Below are positions 16,244 through 23,570 of a stretch of DNA of 33,601 nt, in pieces. The first letter of the stretch is position 1. Every line of letters begins with the position of its first letter. Where the stretch lies: positions 1 through 33,601 of the forward strand of contig JAKAFD010000001.1 in NCBI GenBank assembly GCA_021818075.1. The letters run 5' to 3'. The position numbers were made by a program, and so were the translations under genes. Below the pieces are notes generated by a model. The model did no database searches and was not told the DNA's origin. It saw nothing but the letters and a program-made list of their open reading frames with translations. The stretch is from a bacterium (lineage in GTDB: Bacteria > Patescibacteriota > Patescibacteriia > Patescibacteriales > Patescibacteriaceae).

Positions 16244-16752
16244 ATTTTTTTATCGCCCTTATTAAAAATCGCCATAAATAATAAATCATGAAATTTGCCC
16301 CCGGCTATGGTCTCGTCTTTCAATATGCCCTCTACTTTGAAACCTAATTTTTTATATAATTTTAGAGCTTGTTTGTTTTCTTTGTAGACGCCAAGATACA
16401 TTTTATGGAGCTTCAACTTTTTGAACCCATAATCTATGAGATATAACATTGCCAACTTCCCGAATCCACGACCCCGGTATTTATCCTCGCCAATGATGAT
16501 AAACAAGTCAGCATTGCGTCTTACCTGATCAATTTTTGTCAAACCCATGAAACCGACCGGCGTCTTATCATCACAGATAGTAAAAAATTTTTTGCTCTTA
16601 TCTTTTAAATAATTATCAAACCATTGGCGTTGTGCGCGGAGAGTGGTTTTCCGGCCAGACATATCGCCAATAAACCGATTAGCTTTGGGATTATTAAGCC
16701 AAGCTACACGGAAAGGAATATCTGTTTTGTTATGCTGCCTGATTTTTATCAT
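16240..16752 (-). CDS. GNAT-family N-acetyltransferase (RimJ/RimL-like); ATG at 16752, track start is a GTG at 16776
   Basis: RGRGFGKLAM acetyl-CoA motif A; ENKQALKLYKKLGFKVEG. Confidence 0.8.
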   Translation of the reverse strand: MIKIRQHNKTDIPFRVAWLNNPKANRFIGDMSGRKTTLRAQRQWFDNYLKDKSKKFFTICDDKTPVGFMGLTKIDQVRRNADLFIIIGEDKYRGRGFGKLAMLYLIDYGFKKLKLHKMYLGVYKENKQALKLYKKLGFKVEGILKDETIAGGKFHDLLFMAIFNKGDKKI

Positions 16753-16772
16753 AATTTTATTTTTGTAATTTA

Positions 16773-17324
16773 TCACACTTTAATATTTATACGAAACAGT
16801 TTAGTCGGCTTTGATGAAATTAAAGCAAACTTCAACCTAAGTTTGCCAACTTGTTTATTTGATATCGCTTTGCTTAAAACGGACATGTCAGTAGAATCGT
16901 TAACCGGTATCCATGTACTTACCTTTTGCTTCGCTCTAACTAATGTATCGATATCTGAAAGCTCACCAGTTATTCTTCCCTCAAACTTTACCTCATAGAT
17001 ATTGGTATTATGATCTTTAGCGCCATTTGGGTGCGGTAAAATAACTTTATCAAATTTAAAACCCAATGATTCAAGATACACCGCATTATTAGAAAGATTT
17101 TTAATTTCAATCACTATAATTTTTTTATATGTTGAGTCATTGGTGGTTATTGCCTTAACGTCTATGTAAACATTTTTTATTTTTTTTCTAGGCCACAAAT
17201 ACCATACAATCGATATTGAAGAAAAAACAAGCAAGACAATACTGATCATATCCCAAACTGCCCATATTGCCATGAATTGTAAAAGATTTCGCACAACAAG
17301 CATTATTGATTTTAAATCAGGCAT
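16773..17324 (-). CDS. Hypothetical membrane-anchored protein, 183 aa
   Basis: ORF track; N-terminal TM (ISIVLLVFSSISIVWYLW) followed by a beta-rich soluble region. Confidence 0.55.
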   Translation of the reverse strand: MPDLKSIMLVVRNLLQFMAIWAVWDMISIVLLVFSSISIVWYLWPRKKIKNVYIDVKAITTNDSTYKKIIVIEIKNLSNNAVYLESLGFKFDKVILPHPNGAKDHNTNIYEVKFEGRITGELSDIDTLVRAKQKVSTWIPVNDSTDMSVLSKAISNKQVGKLRLKFALISSKPTKLFRINIKV

Positions 17325-17356
17325 AAAGCGTCTTTTAAAAAATTTTTATTATTTTA

Positions 17357-17650
17357 TTATCCCCTCCACCACATTTTTATTGTATTAACGATAACTCGAA
17401 CAAATCCCACAATAATCAAGATAAAACCAAGTATAAGGCCTAATGCCACAATGAATCCACGCCCTTTTTGAAATATATTAAAAATCCCTACCGAAAATAA
17501 AACCCACCCCGTCGTAGTTATAGCTATCGCTATGATGAAGTTTTTTTTAAATTTTTTATCTATGTTTCTGCCACAGAATTTGCAGACCACTGCTTCTGCC
17601 TTAATTTGTTCGGCACAAAGTGGACATTTTTTTGTTTGTTCCTGAACCAT
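17357..17650 (-). CDS. Zinc-ribbon plus 2-TM membrane protein (98 aa from MVQEQ)
   Basis: CPLCAEQ...CKFCGR zinc ribbon followed by two hydrophobic helices. Confidence 0.6.
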   Translation of the reverse strand: MVQEQTKKCPLCAEQIKAEAVVCKFCGRNIDKKFKKNFIIAIAITTTGWVLFSVGIFNIFQKGRGFIVALGLILGFILIIVGFVRVIVNTIKMWWRG

Positions 17651-17654
17651 AAAA

Positions 17655-17825
17655 TTATTTTTTATAATTATATAGAATGTAGCCAATGAAAAGTAAAATG
17701 ATTATAAAAATCCAGTCTACAATTTGCCAGGTGGCAAATTTCCAATGAAAAGTAAGGCCTAGAAAAATAACTCCGGCCATAATCAGTAAAGTAGCGCCAT
17801 AACTCTTAAAATTTTCGTTTGGCAT
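17655..17825 (-). CDS. Small 2-TM membrane protein, 56 aa (below the ORF-track cutoff)
   Basis: My translation: MPNENFKSYGATLLIMAGVIFLGLTFHWKFATWQIVDWIFIIILLFIGYILYNYKK; 4-5 nt from both neighbours. Confidence 0.4.
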   Translation of the reverse strand: MPNENFKSYGATLLIMAGVIFLGLTFHWKFATWQIVDWIFIIILLFIGYILYNYKK

Positions 17826-17830
17826 AGTTT

Positions 17831-19048
17831 TTAGTTAACAATTTTTGTTAATCTTTTAGATACCCAACCAGAATTTTTTTTATTCAACTTAATTTTAATC
17901 CAATCCTTATTACTTAAATCTACTATCTCATATTTTATCCCCTTTTTTGCCGAACCGATAATTTTAGCTTTGGCGTTCGGATTGACCCGCACATTAGATG
18001 ACGTGGTGACGGTTAAAAATTTTGTCTTATTATCACTAACTTGAATTCCTAAAACTTGCGGCACTAAAACGCATGTAGCAGAAATTTCATCTAGTTTATA
18101 CCCCGAATTACATACGCAATCATTATTAACTAGGCTAGCATTGACGGGGCAGGTTATTTTTTCGCAATATAACCCACCAACAGAAATCCTAGAACCAACA
18201 TCGCATACGCAAGAATTACCAACAAGAGTTGCATTAAGCGGACAATCTATTTTTACACAAAAAGATTTAGTAGGGTCAGCTTTGTATCCCGTATTACAAG
18301 AGCAGGAGCCGGAAGAATTTTCCGATGAATTGACTGGACAAGTATTAATATTTTGGTTATAAGTTTGAAAAAAATAATCAATAGGATTTGAGTTATTTTT
18401 CTTGACACATGTGTCGCCGCTTAATTCATATCCATAATCACACTCGCATTTTTTTGTTGAGGAATTATAACTAGACCATAAACCCAGTAAATTTTGGCAG
18501 TAACTATTGCCATTAACGCATTTATCGTTATTTATAATATAACCATAATCACACTTGCAGGCATCTGATATTGAATCGTAACTAGAAAAAGACCCTAGCT
18601 GATCTCTGCAATATTCATCATCATCAATGCATTTGCCGCCCGACATTAAATAACCACTTCTGCACTCACATTTTCCACTTAAAGAATCGTAATCTGCTCC
18701 ATATCCATATCTTTTTTGGCATTCGGAATCTCCGGAAACACAAGACTCATTACCTAGAAAATCCGTTCCGACAACATAGCCACTCATGCACTTACATTGA
18801 CCAGATAGAGAATCATACAAAGACATAAATGGGCAGTCAGGAGTTGTAGGTATCGACGGTGTTGGAATATTTGGAATATATGATTTTGGGTTATGGCAAT
18901 GATATTCGCCATAAGAAAGTCCCCAACTTGGACAATTCGTTCTACAAGTATGACATCCCATACTATCAGTATTGCCAGGGTGTGCTGAAACAAAAAACGG
19001 AACACTTGCAAAAAATAGCGAGACCGCGACGACAAAGATTTTTTTCAT
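17831..19048 (-). CDS. Secreted Cys-rich modular protein: YHYH-like N-terminal motif, 7 Cys-repeat modules, C-terminal SH3b-like domain
   Basis: Signal peptide; GCHTCRTNCPSWGLSYGEYHCH; repeated C..YDS.SG.C.C..GY..; C-terminal VRVNPNAKAKIIGSAKKGIKYEIV...WIKI...GWV. Confidence 0.7.
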   Translation of the reverse strand: MKKIFVVAVSLFFASVPFFVSAHPGNTDSMGCHTCRTNCPSWGLSYGEYHCHNPKSYIPNIPTPSIPTTPDCPFMSLYDSLSGQCKCMSGYVVGTDFLGNESCVSGDSECQKRYGYGADYDSLSGKCECRSGYLMSGGKCIDDDEYCRDQLGSFSSYDSISDACKCDYGYIINNDKCVNGNSYCQNLLGLWSSYNSSTKKCECDYGYELSGDTCVKKNNSNPIDYFFQTYNQNINTCPVNSSENSSGSCSCNTGYKADPTKSFCVKIDCPLNATLVGNSCVCDVGSRISVGGLYCEKITCPVNASLVNNDCVCNSGYKLDEISATCVLVPQVLGIQVSDNKTKFLTVTTSSNVRVNPNAKAKIIGSAKKGIKYEIVDLSNKDWIKIKLNKKNSGWVSKRLTKIVN

Positions 19049-19063
19049 ATATTTAAGTTAATA

Positions 19064-19366
19064 TTAATAAGGGGCGTCAACCGTATCTACTGTTTGAAGT
19101 CTATATAAGGAATATTCCATATCCTCATAATTACTTCCCGCATAACTTTGAGCCTCTAAAATATTCTGATTAACTTCTTCAATGTTCCCATTCGCCTCTT
19201 CCAGCGCCGCTTCGTATTCATTTAATTTTTCGGTGCAAATATTATAATCACTCTCCCAGTCGTCAGCTTCATTAGACCATTCTTCCGCGGTTTTTCCATT
19301 ATACTCCCCTATAGAACAACCACTTAATAGGATTATAAACGGTAAAATGACTAATAATTTTTTCAT
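19064..19366 (-). CDS. Small acidic lipoprotein, 100 aa
   Basis: Lipobox LLSGC; E/D-rich helical remainder. Confidence 0.6.
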   Translation of the reverse strand: MKKLLVILPFIILLSGCSIGEYNGKTAEEWSNEADDWESDYNICTEKLNEYEAALEEANGNIEEVNQNILEAQSYAGSNYEDMEYSLYRLQTVDTVDAPY

Positions 19367-19369
19367 AAA

Positions 19370-19606
19370 TTAAAAACCGTACAAACTTTTACGGTTATTC
19401 CATTTGTATTGATCGGGGCCGGTTTTAAAATGACCCCCTATGTATTGACCGGTTGAGGGCTTAAAATATCCTCGCTGATATCTCAAAACCCCGCCAGTTT
19501 TATAATTTCTAACTCCATAGCTTCTGGCTTCGGCTTGTTTTGAGTTTAGAAAAAAGAACGAAAGGACGATTGCAAAAATCGTTGTTGTCAAAATAATTTT
19601 TTTCAT
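19370..19606 (-). CDS. Small secreted basic Gly/Tyr-rich protein, 78 aa
   Basis: Signal peptide ending AEA; Y/G/R/K-rich mature part. Confidence 0.55.
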   Translation of the reverse strand: MKKIILTTTIFAIVLSFFFLNSKQAEARSYGVRNYKTGGVLRYQRGYFKPSTGQYIGGHFKTGPDQYKWNNRKSLYGF

Positions 19607-19695
19607 ATTTTTAAATTTAAAATTTGCGCTAAAACATCAAGGCAATCGCCTTGGTATAAAGAAAAATTACCGTATTTGTAATATAAAGTTTTCAT
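19603..19695 (-). pseudogene. Possible 5' remnant of a DNA methyltransferase gene (30 codons)
   Basis: My translation: MKTLYYKYGNFSLYQGDCLDVLAQILNLKI; LYQGDCLDVL resembles the N-terminal (I/L)YxGDCLExL signature of N4/N6 DNA methylases; its stop overlaps the next ATG. Confidence 0.3.
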
Positions 19696-19699
19696 GTTA

Positions 19700-20296
19700 T
19701 TATTTTGGGTCTTTTAACCAATTATTTAATTCCGTATAAAAGTTCCAAGCTAATTGCATTCCTTGGTTAATTGTAGTCTCAGTAACTTCGGATGATCTTC
19801 CGTGTACCAACATGTTTCTTAACCAACGAATGGTTTTTATTTGATTTTCACCATTATCCGCTAATAAGCCCTTCTCTTTTAAAATTTTAACCAACTTTTC
19901 TTCATTGCCAGGTACTTGCTGTGAATTTGCTAAAATTACTGTAGCGGCAACTCGCAATAATCTTTCTATTTCGAAAGCAACTGATAGAAAATTACCAGTG
20001 GAATTATCCATCAATTGAATGATGTTTTTTTGTTGTTCAGCTTCTGCGACTTTTTCTTCGTTTGGTTTTGGGGCGTCGGCCGCAATACCCGGCTTACCTT
20101 TTAACTCTTCGAGATTTTTTATTTCTTTCTTTCCTCTTAATCCCCAGAAGTTAAATTCTTTTAAATCAGAAAACAATGCTATCAAGAGTACCATCAATGC
20201 AATTCCTAAAACATTGTTTGTTAAATCAGCGCCCCACCACTTGAATAATGCCGCCAATAAAATAAAAATAAGAACCAAAAAACCAAAGTTTTTCAT
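19700..20296 (-). CDS. Membrane-anchored protein (2 TM) with a C-terminal HEPN-like helical domain
   Basis: TM segments FGFLVLIFILLAALF and VLGIALMVLLIALF; K/E/A/P linker; RNMLVH (Rx4H) at 19802-19819 preceded by LLADNGENQIKTIRWL. Confidence 0.65.
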   Translation of the reverse strand: MKNFGFLVLIFILLAALFKWWGADLTNNVLGIALMVLLIALFSDLKEFNFWGLRGKKEIKNLEELKGKPGIAADAPKPNEEKVAEAEQQKNIIQLMDNSTGNFLSVAFEIERLLRVAATVILANSQQVPGNEEKLVKILKEKGLLADNGENQIKTIRWLRNMLVHGRSSEVTETTINQGMQLAWNFYTELNNWLKDPK

Positions 20297-20346
20297 ATAT
20301 TTATAGTATTATTAAAATCACCCCACGGTTTAAAACCTTAAAAACA

Positions 20347-21228
20347 TTACTCAGCACTAATTAAAAATTTAATTAATTTTTGGCTATATTCAAGAGCATC
20401 CTTTGCTTCGTTATCCGTTGCTGTTTTTCTGCCCTTATGAACAATACCATTCCTTATATTAATACTGCCTTTACACTTTTCAAAGATTTTTTCTTCAGGA
20501 AGTTCAGTGTCCCCCAAAAGTAGCTTCAAAGTAACTTTAATATTTCCCGTTAATCCGTAGTTTCTTATGTATTCATTTGCGTCGGAACTTGATACTTTTC
20601 TTAAATCACAAATTTTTCTAATAAAATCTGATGTAACCAACTCTAGGGCAGTAACACTTTCCAAAATTGAATGTCTATAGTCAGTTTGATACAAGTATTG
20701 CTGTGCATTTAGTATTAATTCGGTCCAAAAAGGAATATCTTTTTTATTTGCCAAATCCTCTTCTAATTGGTTACTGATTCTGTGGTTAAGCAATGGATCT
20801 ATTGGTTTAATACCTCCAGCAAGGCCTATAGACATACGGCCAGCGTTTCCTGTGAGCAAGTTAAAGCCAAACAAATCCTCCCTAATTAATGGTATAAGAT
20901 GGACTGAGTTTGGAGCATAGTATCTATATTTTTTTATTAATTTATTTATTAAGTCTAAAACAAAATTTTCCGACTCTGCAGTTTCTATTTCTTGGTCAAA
21001 AACTTTGTTGGTGTATATATCAACCTCGGAATATGCATCTATGCCCCAGCGGTCTCTTATTGTTTCTGTGTTTTTAGAAAAGCTGATTCTTCTGTTTGGG
21101 ACTGTCTCTTTTTTAGAAAATCTAATTTTTGTATCAAAACAATCTTTTAGTTCAAAAAAGCGCCCATCAATATTATATAGGCAATAGGGTAAAGCAGTCT
21201 TAATTGTTGTTTTATATGTTTTAACCAT
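20347..21228 (-). CDS. Two-domain protein: unknown N-terminal domain plus a C-terminal HEPN-like domain
   Basis: RNGIVH (Rx4H) at 20437-20454 within helical ...HSILESVTALELVTSDFIRK...SINIRNGIVHKG...AKDALEYSQKLIKFL. Confidence 0.65.
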   Translation of the reverse strand: MVKTYKTTIKTALPYCLYNIDGRFFELKDCFDTKIRFSKKETVPNRRISFSKNTETIRDRWGIDAYSEVDIYTNKVFDQEIETAESENFVLDLINKLIKKYRYYAPNSVHLIPLIREDLFGFNLLTGNAGRMSIGLAGGIKPIDPLLNHRISNQLEEDLANKKDIPFWTELILNAQQYLYQTDYRHSILESVTALELVTSDFIRKICDLRKVSSSDANEYIRNYGLTGNIKVTLKLLLGDTELPEEKIFEKCKGSINIRNGIVHKGRKTATDNEAKDALEYSQKLIKFLISAE

Positions 21229-21451
21229 TGGCTAAATTTTTTTGATCGGGGATCGGTGGCATTTTTGAAATGTTTTGTGCAGTTTCACCGAATTGTTTCT
21301 CAGTTTCAGCATCTATTTCTTCTTTGGTTGCCACCCCCTTTTCAATTAAAACATTTTCTAAAGCCTTCATTCTCGTGTCTCTTGATAGGTCAAAGGCAGC
21401 ATTTGGACCTATTTTAGGCGCGACGATACTAAGATATTCTTCAAATTTCAT
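21221..21451 (-). CDS. Small acidic helical protein, 76 aa, overlaps the HEPN gene start by 8 nt
   Basis: ORF track; overlap suggests translational coupling; no recognisable motif. Confidence 0.55.
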   Translation of the reverse strand: MKFEEYLSIVAPKIGPNAAFDLSRDTRMKALENVLIEKGVATKEEIDAETEKQFGETAQNISKMPPIPDQKNLANG

Positions 21452-21484
21452 ATTAGTTTATATTAGTTAATAAAATTGTTTACC

Positions 21485-22915
21485 TTATCGTTTAAATGAA
21501 ACTAAAATACTTTTCATGTCTTCTCTTTTAACCCCGCCGAGTCCGTATAAAGCGAGGGCGTAGATTAAGCCGCCGAGGGGGACGAGGAGGAAAAAGGACA
21601 GCTTGGCTTTGAGGAATAAAATCACGCCGGCCATGATGAGGGCAGATGAAAGGGCTTTGCCCAGGGTGGGCAGGACTTTTCGCCAGCGCCAGGCCGTAAT
21701 CTGGCGGCTGATGATTAAACTTAAGACAAACAATAAAACATTGGTGATTAAAACGGTCAGGGCGGCGCCGGTCGGGCCCCAGAGCGGGATTAACAAAAGA
21801 TTTAACAAGACGCTGGCCACGACCACGATAGCCATATTGCGGGTGTTGGTTCGCTGGCGGTCGCAGGCGTTCAAAAGCGAGCCCAAGGGGAAATGGATAA
21901 AGATAAAAAACAGCGAAATCATTATCAATTGCAAAGGCAAAATTGAATCATGAAAACCTTTGTTAAACAGCAAGACCACTTTGTCGGACAGGGCGATGAC
22001 GCCGGCCATAATCGGCAAGGAAATAATGGTGGAGTAATTAAGGGCGCGCTCAAAGGTAATTTTTAATTGCTCGCGATTGTCGCGCCAATACATGCTCAAG
22101 GCCGGATAAAGCGAGGCCACAAAGGCCATGGGCAGGAATTGCAGGGCGTTGACGATTTTAAAGGGCACCTGATAAATGCCGACCGCCCAGTCCCCCGCCA
22201 GCTTAAAGAGCAAGACCGAATCAAAATAAGTATAGAGGCGCTGTAAAATGGCGTAGAGCCCGAACGGCCAGGCCACCGCGAAAATTGTTTTTACGGCGAA
22301 CCAATTCCAAGTCGGCCGGAGTGATAATTTAAATTTGGCTTTGGCTAGGATAATGGTGTAGGCGAAATTGACAATGCTGGCCAAGGGCAAGCCGACCATC
22401 AGCCAGATAACGCTTTTGTCCAGGCTCATCATGGCCAGGGCGGAGATTAAGACGACGATTTGCACGCCGACCGAGCCGATGCTTTCATACTTCAGGTTGT
22501 GATGTCCGCGAAAATAAGAATAAAAAGAGGTGCTGAAAGAATCCAGCACCATGGAAATACTCGCCAAGTAAATTAAATTTTTCACCAAGTCGGAATTGCC
22601 CTGCGCCAAGATGATGGCCAAAATCCAAGTTAGGGCGGCCAGGGGCAGTTTGATGCCGAGAATTGATTGAAAAAATTTCTTGGGCTCCTCGTCGCGGCGC
22701 GCCACGGTGCGGGTCAGGACATTGGCCAGGCCTAGGTCAATGAACACCGAGCAAATGGTGGTAATGGAAATGGCAAAATAGAACTTACCCAAGTCCTCGG
22801 GCCCGAGGTAGCGGGCGTAGAGGGTGAAATAGGTAAAAGAGATGAGCTTTTGGATAATCAAAGCCAGGGTGAAATACGAAGTGTTTTTGGCGATATTGGC
22901 GATTTTGTTTGGCAT
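21485..22915 (-). CDS. Wzx-like polysaccharide/oligosaccharide flippase (MOP superfamily); start moved to MPNKIAN
   Basis: About 476 aa with about 12-14 TM helices; the first 61 codons of the track ORF run through a GC-rich repeat and a divergent promoter. Confidence 0.7.
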   Translation of the reverse strand: MPNKIANIAKNTSYFTLALIIQKLISFTYFTLYARYLGPEDLGKFYFAISITTICSVFIDLGLANVLTRTVARRDEEPKKFFQSILGIKLPLAALTWILAIILAQGNSDLVKNLIYLASISMVLDSFSTSFYSYFRGHHNLKYESIGSVGVQIVVLISALAMMSLDKSVIWLMVGLPLASIVNFAYTIILAKAKFKLSLRPTWNWFAVKTIFAVAWPFGLYAILQRLYTYFDSVLLFKLAGDWAVGIYQVPFKIVNALQFLPMAFVASLYPALSMYWRDNREQLKITFERALNYSTIISLPIMAGVIALSDKVVLLFNKGFHDSILPLQLIMISLFFIFIHFPLGSLLNACDRQRTNTRNMAIVVVASVLLNLLLIPLWGPTGAALTVLITNVLLFVLSLIISRQITAWRWRKVLPTLGKALSSALIMAGVILFLKAKLSFFLLVPLGGLIYALALYGLGGVKREDMKSILVSFKR

Positions 22916-22944
22916 GTTGTTTATATAATGCGAATGCCACGAAT

Positions 22945-22987
22945 AGAGATTGCCACGCCCCGACTGCCATCGGGGCTCGCAATGACA
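22945..22987 (+). repeat. GC-rich palindromic unit, family 1 (CAATGACA subtype)
   Basis: AGAGATTGCCACGCCCC...GGGGCTCGCAATGACA; near-identical ends to 23973-24015. Confidence 0.8.
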
Positions 22988-23061
22988 CGGGAATTTGGCT
23001 TTATTGTAGGCTGATTTTAAGGAAAAAGCAATCTTTACCTGTAGTGAGCGGAGTTGAACTA

Positions 23062-23090
23062 TTGATAAAAAACTAAATTTATGGTATGAA
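23062..23090 (+). promoter_or_regulatory. Possible promoter of 23132-23455, followed by the conserved cassette-type leader
   Basis: TTGATA-17 nt-TATGAA; downstream ACAAATAAATAATTTGTACCTTTAAAA aligns with the leaders at 1256-1299 and 1704-1748. Confidence 0.4.
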
Positions 23091-23131
23091 TAAAACAAAT
23101 AAATAATTTGTACCTTTAAAATGGAGGTTTT

Positions 23132-23455
23132 ATGAATAACTCTGTGTCTGACCAGGGGCTTTTAAACGCCGAGACAAACCTTAGACGCTATTTACTTTCA
23201 AATATTAAACTATTTAAATGGAGTATGTGGTTATTTGGTTTTGCGTTTGTGAACGGCTTGGTTGTTTTTTATCTTATTTTCTCTCAAATCTCAACACTGC
23301 TTTTTATTGTCATGGCTTTACTGTTTGTCGGTGCTTTTATAACCTCATTGGGCATATTTCGAAACGGAATTTCAATAACCAAGCATCGGTTAGTAAAATT
23401 AAACAAAGGTGAAATATCAGAACCGTTGGACGCATCAAAGACAGGCTTAAATTGA
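23132..23455 (+). CDS. Small 2-TM membrane protein, 107 aa (fourth gene carrying the cassette-type leader)
   Basis: ORF track; GGAGG SD; two long hydrophobic segments. Confidence 0.65.
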   Translation: MNNSVSDQGLLNAETNLRRYLLSNIKLFKWSMWLFGFAFVNGLVVFYLIFSQISTLLFIVMALLFVGAFITSLGIFRNGISITKHRLVKLNKGEISEPLDASKTGLN

Positions 23456-23467
23456 TAAACTTAAACC

Positions 23468-23495
23468 GAGGCGTTAAAAAACGCCTCTTTTTTTA
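23468..23495 (+). terminator. Intrinsic terminator
   Basis: GAGGCGTT-aaaa-AACGCCTC plus T-run. Confidence 0.8.
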
Positions 23496-23525
23496 TTGTC
23501 TGTGTAAAACGACAGAACAATAATC

Positions 23526-23557
23526 CCTCCCTGACCCTCCCCTTCGTAAGGGGAGGG
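23526..23557 (+). repeat. GC-rich hairpin repeat, family 2, intergenic copy
   Basis: CCTCCCTGACCCTCCCC-ttcgtaa-GGGGAGGG; matches the reverse complement of 9595-9628. Confidence 0.75.
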
Positions 23558-23570
23558 AAATAAAAGGGGC

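Noticed and set aside
15631-16289. ORFs 15631-15879, 15806-16048 and 16062-16289
   Set aside because: They overlap the HTH antitoxin, its operator and the 4-TM gene in other frames or on the other strand, and no independent signals support them.
21221-21451. Resemblance of RMKALENVLIEKGVATKEEID in the 76-aa protein to the N-terminal helix of nitrile hydratase alpha subunits
   Set aside because: The match is short, rests on memory only, and has no metal-binding Cys cluster. It is too weak to annotate and is left as hypothetical.
21452-21500. Search for an att-like direct repeat of the tRNA 3' end at the far border of the AT-rich island, and for an integrase
   Set aside because: By eye I found no match to GGTCCGAATCCCTCAGGGGCA near 21.4-21.5 kb and no recombinase-like ORF, so integrative-element status stays unsupported. 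Only the compositional argument is reported.
22916-23098. 61-codon N-terminal extension of the Wzx-like ORF, and the 67-aa ORF at 22785-22988
   Set aside because: The extension reads through a GC-rich palindromic repeat and through the divergent promoter and leader of the 23132 gene. The hydrophobic flippase body starts at MPNKIAN (22915).
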